From Chiloscyllium plagiosum (lineage: Eukaryota): a stretch of 55,133 nt of DNA. How positions within the stretch are numbered: position 1 is the first letter of the stretch; every line of letters begins with the position of its first letter. Where the stretch lies: assembly GCF_004010195.1 (NCBI RefSeq), contig NC_057749.1:19801946-19857078 (forward strand). Direction: 5' to 3'. Shown one piece after another: positions 1 through 11,640 of this stretch. The notes under the pieces were generated by a model that did not search any database, had not been told where the DNA came from, and was given only the letters and a program-made list of their open reading frames with translations. A program made the translations under genes and the position numbers.

Positions 1-29
1 GTCCAAATCATAGACCCGAGCCCACAAAC

Positions 30-711
30 TGTTACGACATGGAGTAAACCCTTCTGCTAATTTAAACCAAGCACACAGAAAAGCTCACCTCACCTTGTAA
101 TCTACTAAAGTATGAGTGACAGAGAAGTACCCAATTTCCACTATTTAAAGAAAAAAATAACAATTTATTATTTAACCCCAAAGAGAACATTAAACAACAA
201 CTACCTACAACTGTAAGCCTCCTTTCTCTCAAAAATTGTATCTACCTCCCACTCTATGACAATATACTAATCAAATAAAGCCAATATAAAATTTATAGCA
301 AATCAATTTTCAAAACCAGTAGTCATCTTCAGGTGTCAAAACTCCTCTGACTGTAGATTTCCCTGGGTCATCTTTGGTCTTCTGCTGCAAAGATGTTTCA
401 TATGAAAAAGGTACCTTTTAGAGAGAGGGTCTGCGGGCAGCCTATTGATCGCAGTAGGTACTCTTTGTCTCCAGCTAACTGTCCAAAATGCCTGCTTTTT
501 ATACCCCAAAACATCGGATTGTCTCATTGGTTTGATGTTGTCAAAACAGTAAAAATCAAATTCGGTTGAGTTTTAGTATCTTGGGGCATAATTTAAACTG
601 ATTGGTTGAATTTGAATTATTGTGAAAACAACTCATTATCTGAATTACATATCGGATGTTACATCTTTAAATCATCCAGTACACTTTGTGCCTGCAGACA
701 GTCATATGACA
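30..711 (-). mobile_element. 5' LTR of a Gypsy/ERV-type LTR retroelement; internal region runs off the left edge
   Basis: TG...CA ends with a short imperfect inverted repeat (tgttac / atgaca). On the minus strand, CCAAT (~526, ~601), TATAAAA (497-503) and AATAAA (164-169) occur in LTR order. The LTR is followed by TGTGGGCTCG, resembling a tRNA-Pro PBS (TGGGGGCTCG). Confidence 0.65.
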
Positions 712-779
712 GGTGTTTGTCAGCTTTTCAACTTTCTAGGGGCTTGTCCACCAGTTCAAGATTCTGGTCTTTGTTTCAG

Positions 780-1011
780 GTGTCAAGCCCCTTACTGGGG
801 GGAATGAAGACATATGAGTTGCTTCATCGCATCACGGGAGAGGGACTGTCTGTGGAGTACTACTTCAACAGGAGGCCATTCAGCCCAGACCACACTATGG
901 TCTCTGTCCAGATGCAGTTCACCAACAATTCAGAAATGGAATTCCGAAATCTCCGTATTGCTGAGCCCAAGCTGCAATCAGGAATGAGATTGCAGGGATT
1001 CAAGGAGATTG
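780..1011 (+). CDS. ap3b2: AP-3 complex subunit beta-2, internal coding exon (232 nt; VSSPLLGGMKTYELLHRITGEGLSVEYYFNRRPFS...LQGFKEI)
   Basis: Acceptor ttgtttcag|G at 779/780 and donor G|gtaaga at 1011/1012. The translation resembles the AP3B ear domain (ELLHR..GEGL.V.Y.F.R.PFS...MVSV...F.N). It ends in phase 1, matching the next exon. Confidence 0.95.
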
Positions 1012-1129
1012 GTAAGAATCTGGGGGAGCATGAAAAATTCTGGAAACATTGAGCAAGTCAAGAAAGACATCAGTGTTTCATAACTTCACCTTGTTGTGTC
1101 CTTGACCTAACCCTATGTCTGTCCTTTTG

Positions 1130-1260
1130 TGGAGTTGTAGCATGTGTATAAAGTCCCTACCTCTGGATGAAAAGCCCCAGGTTCTTATCCCATCTCAGAA
1201 CTTGGTGACCTCAAATGGTGTGTCATAATGTGGTCAAACAGGTCGATTATCAATCTGTAC
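1130..1260 (+). mobile_element. Short tRNA-derived SINE-like element (related copies ~16370-16470, ~38325-38420, tandem pair ~40510-40775)
   Basis: Shared gtccctacctctg...ggttc...gtcataa...aacagg(t)tgatt motif across the copies in this window. Confidence 0.5.
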
Positions 1261-1281
1261 TTTATTGTGATACGCCTAAGG

Positions 1282-1657
1282 TGTTGTGGTTGATAGCACC
1301 TTTTAAAGATGACCAGGAGATACAGAGAATTCCTCAAGATTATAAGCCTTTATTTGCAAACAAAAGCTGTGGCCATCAGAGAAGCTAACTTCGAAAAGTC
1401 CCCGAACAACAAGAGTACTCTAAAGTTATGTTGTTCTGAAAAACCGCACACTATCCCCATTATTTTAGCATAACCAATCGCACTAAGCCTACATTATATC
1501 CCCTTAACCAATCAGACTCTGCCACAATTGTCTTCTGGATTGCAGCCAACCATCACGTTGTGCCATGGTCATCTTTCTTCACCTTTTGTCACGTGACAGG
1601 CTGCAGTCACGCAAGGCTGGCTCGAGCACGCAACCCAGACCTTACACTTACACAACA
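1282..1657 (-). mobile_element. Probable solo LTR (376 bp)
   Basis: Termini TGTTGTG...CACAACA form a 7-bp inverted repeat. Minus-strand AATAAA at 1349-1354 and repeated aaccaatc boxes. No clear TSD. Confidence 0.5.
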
Positions 1658-1685
1658 TCCCAACATGTGTTACTTTGTAGTTATA

Positions 1686-2044
1686 CAATAGCACCTCGAC
1701 TTATGAACTTAATCTGTTCTGGGACCCGGTTCGCGAACCGAAAAGTTCGCGAACTGAATCAATTTTTCCCATTGTTCGGATAGCGTAAGAATGCTTGGAC
1801 GTAGCAACGAGCGATGTTCACAGCACGCGCGCCAAAGACGAACTGAATGAGATCACGCGGTGCCCGAGAGCTTTTGCGTTCAAAGCGCGCATAGCAAAGC
1901 AGAACAATGAAACCACGTGGTCGCACACGGGCTTTTTGCGTTCGTACCTTCATTCGTACCTTGAATTTCGTACATACGTTGAAGCAAACTTTTATGTACA
2001 ATCCTGTTCGTGAACGGGGTCGTTCGTATGTTGAGGGGCTATTG
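1686..2044. mobile_element. Tc1/mariner (Tigger/pogo-like) MITE, 359 bp
   Basis: TA on both sides (1684-85, 2045-46). TIRs caatagcacctcgacttatgaac / gttcgtatgttgaggggctattg match at 19/23. The interior is CpG-rich with repeated gttcg motifs. Confidence 0.85.
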
Positions 2045-2394
2045 TATATTAATATTTACCATAAAGGCAGGTGACAAAATAGAAGAACCGTATGGTACCT
2101 CCTGTGCAATAGCTTCCCCACGTTAAAGATTCTTACCATGAAAAAGTGTCATCCTCATTCTGAGGGACTAAAATGGAAACAAAACTCTATTTAGTCCCTT
2201 GCTTTGATTCCCACACTCACAAAAAAATTCTGTCATGGCCTGCTGGGGAATATTTCCTTTGATATCTTCAGTTACCTCTGTAATGACTGTCCCACCAATT
2301 CTCTGTGGAGATCCTCTATTCAATTCATACTGAGCATTGCTACAGGACATCCACTCTTCAAAAGAACAATAAACCAAACTCTCAGGTAGGCATA

Positions 2395-2600
2395 ATGAAT
2401 CACATAGCATTAGTTTGAAGAAGAATAAGAAGTTCTCCCTAGCATTCTTACAAATATTTATTCCTCATCACAAAAACAAGTCATCTGGTCATTTTCACAT
2501 TGCTCTTATGGGAGGTGGCAGTGCACCAGATGCCCATTGTGTTCTATATATTACCACAGAGTCTGCACTTCACCAAATTACATAATGGTTACAAAACAGA
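2395..2600 (+). mobile_element. DeuSINE (SacSINE1-like) fragment
   Basis: Deu-domain-like text tttgaagaaga...aatatttattcctc...ggtcattttcacattgct...gggagg...tattaccacag. Homologous to 45700-45856. Confidence 0.6.
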
Positions 2601-2743
2601 AAGAGACAATTCAACCATTGTGTATGCACTTTTACTTTGGTTCAACTGCACTTTGCAATGCCACATGAGACCCAACTAAATACAATTTGATTTATTTTCC
2701 TCTTTTGTTTCTTATCCACTCTTCCTCATTTAAATATCACAAG

Positions 2744-2828
2744 CAATTCTCCAGCCAGGTGAGGTCATCGCAGATACATTGGGCATCGATTTCTGTGATT
2801 CCACACAAGCGGCCAACTTCCAGCTGTG
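2744..2828 (+). CDS. ap3b2: ap3b2 coding exon (85 nt; AILQPGEVIADTLGIDFCDSTQAANFQLC)
   Basis: AAG acceptor at 2741-2743 and donor TG|gtgagt. Contains the AP3B motif GI[DN]FCDSTQAANFQLC. Phases 1 and 2 fit the neighbouring exons. Not in the ORF track. Confidence 0.93.
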
Positions 2829-3239
2829 GTGAGTGACTCTCCATGACAGTGGTCAGTATTCTTGGAACTATACATTTGGCCCTCCAAACGTCTTAGTTTA
2901 CATCTTTCTCTGTGGGAATAGCCAAAAGAACTCTCATTTTGAAACTAGGAATGAAGAAAGAATACTCAATGAAAGAATGGAAATGCTTTGAAGAATTTTA
3001 GTTAGAGAGATCACCCAATAATTCTTTAACTCACCCCATTACTTGACTTTGTAAACAATATTAATGCACAGTTCCCAATATGTATAATGTTCACAACTGT
3101 TAACAGGACTCACATAGGCAGCTGTCCAATTGAACATTATACAAAAACACAAAGGTCACAATTATACAATTGCACAGTTATTGGTTGATTCCAAACACAT
3201 TGGAATTAAAAGTCTACTTGCCATGTCCAAAAACAAGCT

Positions 3240-4150
3240 TCCATTTGAATAAGGTATTCAAAATCATGAGGGATCTGAATAATGTAGCTAGGAGAAAGTG
3301 TTCGCACTCATGAAATGATCAAGAACAAAAGAAGCAAAAGTGAATTGAGAAGAAACTTTCGCACACAGCAAGTGGTGAGTGTCTGGAGTGCACTGCTTAA
3401 GTGTGGTTGAGGCAGGTTCAATCAAAGCATTCAAAAGGGATTAGATTGTTATCTGAAAAGGAAAATATGCAGCGCTACAGGACGTAGGCAAAAAATGGCT
3501 CTAAGTGAATTGACCATTCTGAGGCAGAATAACCTTGTTTGCACTGTAACAATTCTGTATTTCATTTATTCACTCACTTCTAGTCTGGAAACACCCTTTC
3601 CAAATCCACCCTGTCAAGATCTCTCAAAACCTTATATGTTTCAATCAAGTCACCTTTTACTGTTCTAAGTCCTAATGGATACAAGCCTAACCTGTCTAAC
3701 ATAAGGAATCCAATACTGTACAAAGTTCTCCAGATGTGGTCTCGCAGTGCCCTGTATAAGGTGTACAATTGAAGTGTAGAAGATTGAGTAGTGCCCTTAT
3801 TGAACCATATAAAATTCTGAATGGACATGACCGAGAATATGATTCTCATTGTGAGGGAACCTAGAACTAAAGGACACAGTTTATAAAGTTGGAGTCTTCC
3901 ATTCAGGTTTTGAGATTACTTTTTTCTCCCTGAGGGTTGTTGATCTTTGGGATTCTCTTTCTCTGAATGCAGTAGAGGGTAGGTCATTGAATATATTCAG
4001 TGTTGAGTCAGACAGATCTTTGATTGAAAAGGAGTCAAGAGTTACTTGTTATCGGCTGGAATGTAGAGTTGAGACGACAACCAGATCAAACATGATCTTG
4101 AATGGCTGAGCAGGCTCATGATGCCAAATAATCTACTTCTGCTTTTAATT
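3240..4150. mobile_element. Cluster of degraded CR1 (HER1-like) 3' fragments in both orientations
   Basis: CR1 ORF2 C-terminal motif GDLIETYKVLRDLDRVDLERVFP (minus ORF 3580-3849) and CR1-type 3' ends. Confidence 0.75.
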
Positions 4151-4247
4151 TTTGTATTTGTGTAGAATGTAATGGCAATGACGTAGTGACTCCCCAACCC
4201 CTTCCCATTTGGTCTTGCTACAGTTATAATGATAAATCACTTAATAG

Positions 4248-4486
4248 GAGAAAGTGAGGACTGCAGATGCTGGAGATCAGGGTTTAAAAATGTGTTGCTG
4301 GAAAAGCGCAGCAGGTCAGGCAGCATCCAAGGAGCAGGAGAATCAATGTTTCGGGCATAAGCCCTTCTTTAGGAATGAAGTCACCCACCTCATTCCTGAA
4401 GAAGGGCTTATGCCCGAAACGTCGATTCTCCTGCTCCTTGGATGCTGCCTGACCTGCTGCGCTTTTCCAGCAACACATTTTTCAGC
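4248..4486. mobile_element. Penelope-derived fold-back element (inverted pLTR arms) with a hammerhead core
   Basis: 15-bp TSD taaatca(c/a)ttaatag at 4233-4247 and 4487-4501. About 95-bp inverted arms with a short loop. Confidence 0.85.
4396..4423 (+). ncRNA. Minimal type I hammerhead ribozyme core (Penelope-type)
   Basis: CTGAAGA-A-GGGC-ttat-GCCC-GAAAC-GTC contains the CUGANGA and GAAA boxes, a 4-bp stem II and a palindromic ACGT stem III. Stem I is weak. Confidence 0.65.
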
Positions 4487-5186
4487 TAAATCAATTAATA
4501 GTCAACCACTCAAAGGAGACAACCCATCTCTGCCGTCCAGTAGTTGGATGTATTATAAGTAGGGACATGAAATACAAAAAGAAGGAAGTCATGGCTAGTT
4601 CAGCCTCAGCTGCAGTACTGTCTAGTTTGGTGCACCACATTTTGGGAAGGATGTGAAAACTTTCGAGAGATGCAGGCAAAATTCACATGTGATAGTCCAG
4701 GAATGAAGAACTTCAATTATGTGGCTTGAAAAGAAGATTGAAGGGAGATTTGATCAAGATGTTCAAAACCATGATGTATCTGGACAGACAGAAACTGTTC
4801 TCACTGGTGGAAGGATTGAGGACCACAGGGCACTGATTTAAGGTGATTAACAAAAGAACTGTTAGTGACTTGTGGAGAAACATTTTTTTACATAGCAATA
4901 TTGATATAGACAATTAATTTTGAGATAGTGCTTTCTCTGTTAGGAAGCTGTAAATAACGTTAGTTCGATATGGCTAACTACAGATGAGCATGTGCTAGTC
5001 TCACTATGGAATATACAATAGCCATCTTTGATATGATAACCATTTACAATCTATATCCTTGACTTCAACTGTAACGTTGCTGACCATCCTGGAGCTGATG
5101 CTAAGACTAACATGGAGTCTACACAGAAACAGTGGGTCACTGAATCTGAGTTGGTCAAGGATGTGGGTTGGAGAAATTCAGGGTTG

Positions 5187-5503
5187 TAGATTAGATTAGA
5201 TTACTTACAGTATGTGGAAACAGGCCCTTCGGCCCAACAAGTCCACACCGCCCCGCCGAAGCGCAACCCACCCACACCCCTACATTTACCCCTTACTGAA
5301 CACTACAGGCAATTTAGTATGGCCAATTCACCTGACCTGACATCTTTGGACTGTGGGAGGAAACTGGAGCACCCGGAGGAAACCCACGCAGACACGGGGA
5401 GAACGTGCAAACTCCACACAGTCAGTCGCCTGAGGCGGGAATTGAACCTGGGTCTCTGGCGCTGTGAGGCAGTAGTGCTAACCACTGTGCCACCGTGCCG
5501 CCC
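5187..5503 (-). mobile_element. HE1-type V-SINE, full length
   Basis: tRNA-like head GGGCGGCACGGTGGCACAGTGGTTAGCAC, V-domain (ctgtgtggagtttgcacgttctccccgtgtctgcgtgggtttcc) and (aatct)n tail. Confidence 0.92.
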
Positions 5504-5662
5504 ACGTGTGGCTTGGTGTTTTGAGGTGTTGGTGGGGGAATGGTCAGGCCCTAACATGGAGATGTTGTGGGAAAGAGGGCTCAGAATGAGTGCTGGGATC
5601 AGGATTACGTTGACCCAACATGATGGAGTGGTGTTTTGTTTTGTTTTCTGGTGCCTTTGCAG

Positions 5663-5760
5663 CTCCCAGACCAGGCAGTTTTACATGTCCATCCAGCCAC
5701 CTGTGGGGGAATTGATGATGCCAGTCTTCATGACTGAGAACACTTTCAAGAAGGAACAGG
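5663..5760 (+). CDS. ap3b2: ap3b2 coding exon (98 nt; [32 protein letters not shown])
   Basis: Acceptor ctttgcag| and donor CAGG|gtgagt. Closely matches the AP3B2 segment [28 protein letters not shown]. Confidence 0.96.
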
Positions 5761-6369
5761 GTGAGTAAAATACTGCACTATATCCATTTTAACACATAAT
5801 AATCTCAGAGGATTATTGAGCAATTCCTACAGTTAAATTCCTACAATCGTGGACATTGTAATCTTTTTAGGATTAGGACACATACTCCCTGTAAGAAACA
5901 TTAATCATGACTTATAATATATTTAAGCTGTGAAACTTGTTAAATTTAAGAGTTGTCTAAAATGTGGAATGTGGAACCTTTTGTCCTATCTAAACCTGGA
6001 ATCTGTCCACTGAGTTTATCTGAAATTCCCAGGCATGAATCACAGGATTGGGCAGAAGGTCAGTTTGCACCCTGTGCAAAATCACTCCCTGTTAATGTTC
6101 TTGGTTTTTTTAACCCCAATATTTGAGTCAGCTAACATGTTTGTTTTCAAATTCAGGTGACTGAACTAAGAATCCAGATACTTTAGGCAGAATCTTATCA
6201 AAGCAATGGGAGTCTCACCTGTCAGTTGGTGTTTTGGTGAGAGACCCATGCTGTCTTCTCCAGAGAAAGGCCCACTGAACCACATCTCAATCAGGCAGTG
6301 GCAAGGCCATTAGGTTGGGAGAGCAGGAAGGATGGATGTTCCACCCAGTGAGAGCTGCACGTCAATCTA

Positions 6370-6480
6370 AAATATTAACTCTGTTTTCTCTCCACAGATG
6401 TTGCCAGACCTGCTGAGCATTTCCAGCAATTTCTGTTTTTGCTTCTGACTTACAGCATCTGCAATTCTTTCCATTTTTAT
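6370..6480 (+). mobile_element. Penelope-associated short repeat (gccagacctgctgag family; other copies ~26330-26430, 37830-37900, 44920-45000, 54860-54960)
   Basis: Recurrent ctctccacagatg.tgccagacctgctgag..t.tccagca.tttctgtttttg.ttc.ga motif. Confidence 0.6.
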
Positions 6481-8759
6481 TTAGGTGATGGTTTTTACTG
6501 GAAGTGCACCTCTGGAGTGTCAGCATCATGGAACAACCCAAGATAATGATCATATTTTTTAATTGGTTGGGGGTGCTTCGTGGCTTGGGGGTCATCAGGG
6601 AAAAGAGGGAGGGGATTTGGAAGGAAAGCCAACCAGCAATCATCCCTGCTCAATGATCACTAATTGCCTTCAATCAAGAAACCAACACCCTTCTTCCCTC
6701 CATTCTTTCTACCCACCCACTCAGTGTGACTAGCTTCCCACAGGGTAGTAGCTATCAGCAACACCATATAGCAACAGGTCCGGCTGCAACTGGATCAATC
6801 CTAGAATCTCAGGATGAGGCTCTTATTTGGTTACACGTGGGCCTCAAGCTGGCATTGGGTCAGGAGGTGTGACCGTGGATCTTCTCACCCCAGATTTGAT
6901 TCTAGAAGTGGTGGGGTTTGGGTACAACACCATTCTGTCTAAGTTTGTGCTGTTCTCACCCCAGCTCAGCACCTCCCAGAGCAGAAGGTTCTCCCCGCTG
7001 AGTTCAAATCTCACCACTACAGTTGGCTAATGCAAATTTGCTGAACTGAGAACTAAACCTAGGAATTAAAAAACGAGTTTGTGTCACCATGAAGTGGCAT
7101 TGCAAGTAAACCCATCTGACAAACCGGTACTTTGTTTCAAGGACAGCCAGAAATGGGAATCAAATGTTTTTCTTGCCCACACAGCTCACATCCTGAGAAT
7201 CATTTAGAAAAATATAAAAGCAGATGCAGAGTTGAAGATATGGGTTATAGTTGGTTTGCTTTGTTGCACCAATTTCATCTCTCAGAAGCTTATCTACATG
7301 CTGCCCTTTGAGCAATGTCATCCAAAAGTTCAGTATTTAGTTTTCATGTTTGCATTGATGACAGCCAGTTCTGATATGCATCTGTCAATCCCTCTATTCA
7401 TAAATTATCAGTCAGCTTTTCCAACATCCAGTACGGGATGAGCAAAGATTTCTGGCAGTTGAATATTGTATAAATGAAGTCATTATTTTCAGTTCCTGCC
7501 ACAAACTTTGTATCCTCACCTTCAACTGCGTCTCTCTTGACCCATATTTTTGCCATCACTAGATCATGTCTTTTTACCTCTGTGACATCACTCAGCTTTG
7601 CTGACTTTTCTCACCTTCTGTGTAATGAGTGTGTTGATTAAATATTCTCTATTTGCTTGGATGCATGCAGCTGTAACACACAGGAAGCTCAATACCATCA
7701 GAACAAGTAAGGGCCACTTGATTGGCATTCCATCAACCAATTTCAATATTTACTCCCTTAACCACTGATAAACAGAGGCAGCAGTCGGGACCATCTAAAA
7801 GATGAACTGCAGCAATTTACTGAGGCTTCCTTTGCTGTTGCTGGGTCAAAATTCTGGAACTCTCTTCCTAACAACACATTGGGTGCCAACTCATCACCAC
7901 CTTCTCAAATCCAAATACTGCTGGTCAATGTTTCTGGACTCACTAATGACACCTACATACTGTGAATGAAAGAAAAGTGTGGAGTATTCACAGGCATGGT
8001 GTATAATAGGCATGTAATTTGACATCACCCATTTACACATTCACCCAATAGTAAAACTAATCCTGTGCTGGTATGTTCTATTTTTGACTTAAAACATTGG
8101 GCCAGGGGCATCATTACAAGTGAGACGGCTTCACCACCACAGAGAGAGACAGATTGGACCAAGCATCAGCCCCAGGTAGTTAATCGGTGATCTGGCAAAC
8201 TACTTAATGGATCACTTTCTAGAATAGCATTTCCCACTCCATCTGAAGATTCTAGACAATCAGAAGCCAGCAGCCACAGAGCAGTGCTGCTTCAAAGTTG
8301 AAAACTGCTGGAAGCACAGCAACACTCAAGACCACGAACAGTGAGAAGGAAGGTATCATTTTGGAGTAGATAGAGTCACAGGTTGAGGCCATTCGTTCCC
8401 CAGTCTCCCAGTCATCCCCAGCTTGGGGCAATTTGAGGGTCTCCTGCTCAAGTTGAAAAGCAAACCTTTCTGTTTACCCAGTTGACTGGGAATCAGGTCA
8501 GTGGCCAGTTAATTAACCACTTATGGCCCTACTTAGTGGCAGATCAGAAAGTCTAACTATAAGTTTTCCTGTCCGGAACTGAATTTCCAAGGTGAGAAGA
8601 GTTGGGCACTGAGGGTGAATGGGTATCTCCCCAGTGCTAACTTGCCTGATTATCTGCTCTTCTTGCCACCTTTCCTGCCACTTCTTGAGAGAGGAAAGTC
8701 GCAGCTGTAGAGTCATTATGATGTCAAGGACAAAGAACACACAGCCTACCCCACCTGCA

Positions 8760-11640
8760 CCAACACATGATGCCTTTCTAAACTAAAAACTTTTTCTCAT
8801 GCACAGTTCACATCCCTCTATTTCCTGCTTTTTAACGTATCTGTCAAGATGCCTCTTAAACATTGCTTTTGTATCTGCTTCTACCACCTCCTCTGGTACT
8901 TACTACTTTCTGTGTAAAAATATTGCCTCTTGCATCTCTTTTAAACTTTCCCCCTTTCACCTTAAACCTATGTCTCCTAGTAATTGACATTTCTACCCTG
9001 GGAAAAGACTCTGACTATCCATTCTATTTGTACCTGTCATAATTTGCAAATTGCTGTCAGGTCACCCCTCAGCCTTTAAGGTTTAAGCGAAAACAAACCA
9101 GGTTTTTCCAATCTTTTCTCAAATCAAATAGCCTTCAAATCATTCTGTACCTTCTTCAAAGCCTTCACATCTTTCTGATACCGTCATGACCAGAACTGTC
9201 TGCAATATTCCAGATATGGCTTAATTAAAATTCTGTACAGCTGCAACATGACTCACCAATTTTCATATGCTATGCCCTAAAATGATGAAGGTGAGCATAC
9301 CATACGCCTTCTTAACCACCTTATCCACGTGTTGCTCATTTCAGAGAACTATGGATCTATATGCCTAGGTGCTTCTATATGTTAATGCTTCTAAGGGTTC
9401 TGCCATTTACTGCCTACTTTATTGTGCAATAGACCTTCCAAAATACATCATCTTGCATTTGCCATTTTACATTCTATCTGCCATTTTTCCATCCAAGTCT
9501 CCAGCCTATCTATATATTGTTGTATCCTCTGGCAATCCTCCCCACTATCCACAACTCCCCAATCTTTGTGTCATCTGCAAACTTACTAATCAGACTACCT
9601 ACCTTCTCATTTATAATTATTAGCACCAGCAGGGGTCCAAGCATTGATCCTAGCAGAACACCACTAGTCACAGATCTCAAGTCAGATGAATACCCTTCCA
9701 CTGCTACTCTGTTTTCTATTACCAAGCCTGTTCTGTAACCATCTTACTAGCTCAATGCGGATCTCATGTGACCTCACCTTTCATGTCAGCCTGCCATGAG
9801 GGACCTTGTCAAAGACCTTACTGGAGTCCATGTAGACAACATTTATCGCACTGCCCTGAATAACCATCTTCATCACTTTCTCAGAAAACTCAATCAAGTT
9901 TGTGAGACAGGACCTTCCCCACACAAAGCCATGCTGCCTATCACTAATAAGGCCGTACTTTTACAAATGTGAGTAAATCCTGTCTCAAAGAGTCTTTTTC
10001 AATAATTTCCCTACCACTGATGTAAGGCATCCGGCCTGTAATTTCTCAGTTTATCCTTGTTGCCCTTCTTAAACAAAGGAACAGCACTGATTATTTTTCA
10101 GTCTTCTGTACCTCTCTTATTACAATAAATTATACAAAGATTTTGTACAAGACATTGTACAATTTTCTCCCTCGCCTCCTTCAATATTCTGGGATAGATG
10201 CCATCAGGTCCTGGAGACTTAACTTCCTTATTGGTTTTCAAAACTCCAACCACCTTTTTTATATTAACATGCCTGGAATGGGTTGCCGATTCGCCACAGC
10301 ACATTCGCCGCCGCCAATTAGCCATTGCTGGTTCGCCACCAGCGTTTCTCCATTGGGGTCGTTTCACCTCTCGAGACTATTCGCCACCGGAAATATATAT
10401 ATGTACTGATTGTTTTCCCTCTTGCCTGTTCTTTCATACTTCTCGGTCCCCTTTATTTATGCAACAACTTAGTACATATTGATAAAAAAATAAGTGAAAT
10501 AAATATCATTTTATTGGTTTATACAGAAACATGAGTTACAAACACTTGCGGTGGTGAATTGTCCTCAGCGGCCAATGGGCGATGGCGAAGCGTCCTCGGC
10601 GGTGAAAGGGCAGTGGCTAATTGGCGGCAGCGAATGGTCCCATCCCGTGCTGGAATATCAATATACTCCTATCTGACTCACCTTTCACCAAGTCCTCCTC
10701 ATTTGGGAACACAAATGCAAATATTTGTTGATAACCTCATGCTAAATCCTGGAACGTTATGCTGCCAGTCTTGTCCCTCTCTCAATCATGTCTCTGTAAT
10801 AGTAACAACATCATAGTTATATGTATTAATCTAAGCTCTAAGTTCATCTGCCTACTCCTCACATTAAAACAGATATACTTCAGACTGCCAGTCCCGCCAT
10901 GTTCAGTAACCTCTTGCTATCTGTTCTTCCTCTTTGCCTTCCTGGCCTTAGTCTCTAACTCCTCAGTCAGTTCACTTGCTGACCTACTGCTCTGGTTTCC
11001 ACCTCCCTGCCACACTAGCTTAAACCCTCCCAACTGACTATAGCAAACCTCCCTGCCAGGATATTGGTGCTCCTCCAATTTAGATGCAACCTGTTCTTCT
11101 TGTATACGACCCACCTGTCCTGGAAGACATTTCAATGATCTACAAACTGAAGCCCTCCCTCCTGCACCAACTCTTTTAGCCCTGTATTTAACTGTACTAT
11201 CTTTCTATTCCTAGCTTCACTGACATGTGGCACAAAGAGTAATCCCAAGATTACAATTTAGGAGATTCTGCTTTGCAGTTTACCACCTTACTGCCAGAAC
11301 TTCCTTTGCGGGACCTCATCACTCTTCCTACCTATGTTGTAGGTACCAATATGTTCCACAATATCTGGCTGCTACCCTCCCTTTTAAGAATGTCCCATGC
11401 TTGCTCAGAGACATCCTTAACCCTGTCACCAGGGAGGCAACACTCCATCCTGGAATCTCTTTTGTGGCCACAGAGACGCTTATCTGTGCTGCTGACTATC
11501 AAGTCCCCTCTTATAACTGCTCTACTGTACTTTGACCCTCTCTGTTGTGCTGTAGTGCCACTGCTGTGGCCCCTGCCATCGCAGTCCCTGATAGGCAATT
11601 CCCCCACAACAGTATCCAAAATACAACTACAGAGTCTGCA
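8760..11640 (-). mobile_element. Large degraded CR1 LINE (ORF1 esterase remnant and ORF2 RT remnants), interrupted by a MITE
   Basis: Minus ORFs with RSVTSGVLLGSMLGPLL..ISKFADDTKIG (RT), KSPGPDGIYPRILKE, and GDLIV..TDKRLCG..RDSRMECCLPG.RVKDVSE (CR1 ORF1 SGNH esterase). Confidence 0.9.
10280..10649. mobile_element. Non-autonomous DNA transposon (MULE-like MITE) with arrays of TTCGCC(A/G)CC subterminal repeats
   Basis: Direct repeat ctggaat on both sides. Inverted cattcgccgccgccaattagcca / tggctaattggcggcagcgaatg, GGG...CCC ends and an AT-rich core. Removing it restores the CR1 sequence. Confidence 0.75.

Noticed and set aside
606..1052. 148-aa ORF as a standalone gene
   Set aside because: Only 780-1011 is coding (ap3b2 exon). 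The rest is read-through into LTR and intron.
4254..4562. Recurrent CCWKSAAGQAASKEQEN / LLLLGCCLTCCAFPA peptides as a gene family
   Set aside because: These are translations of non-coding Penelope pLTR repeats on either strand.
5214..5768. 184-aa ORF appearing to fuse a novel N-terminus to AP3B2 sequence
   Set aside because: Chance read-through of an antisense HE1 SINE into the 98-nt exon, which has its own canonical acceptor.
6185..8760. Possible Harbinger-like DNA transposon relics
   Set aside because: Too degraded to define TIRs, TSDs or transposase motifs.
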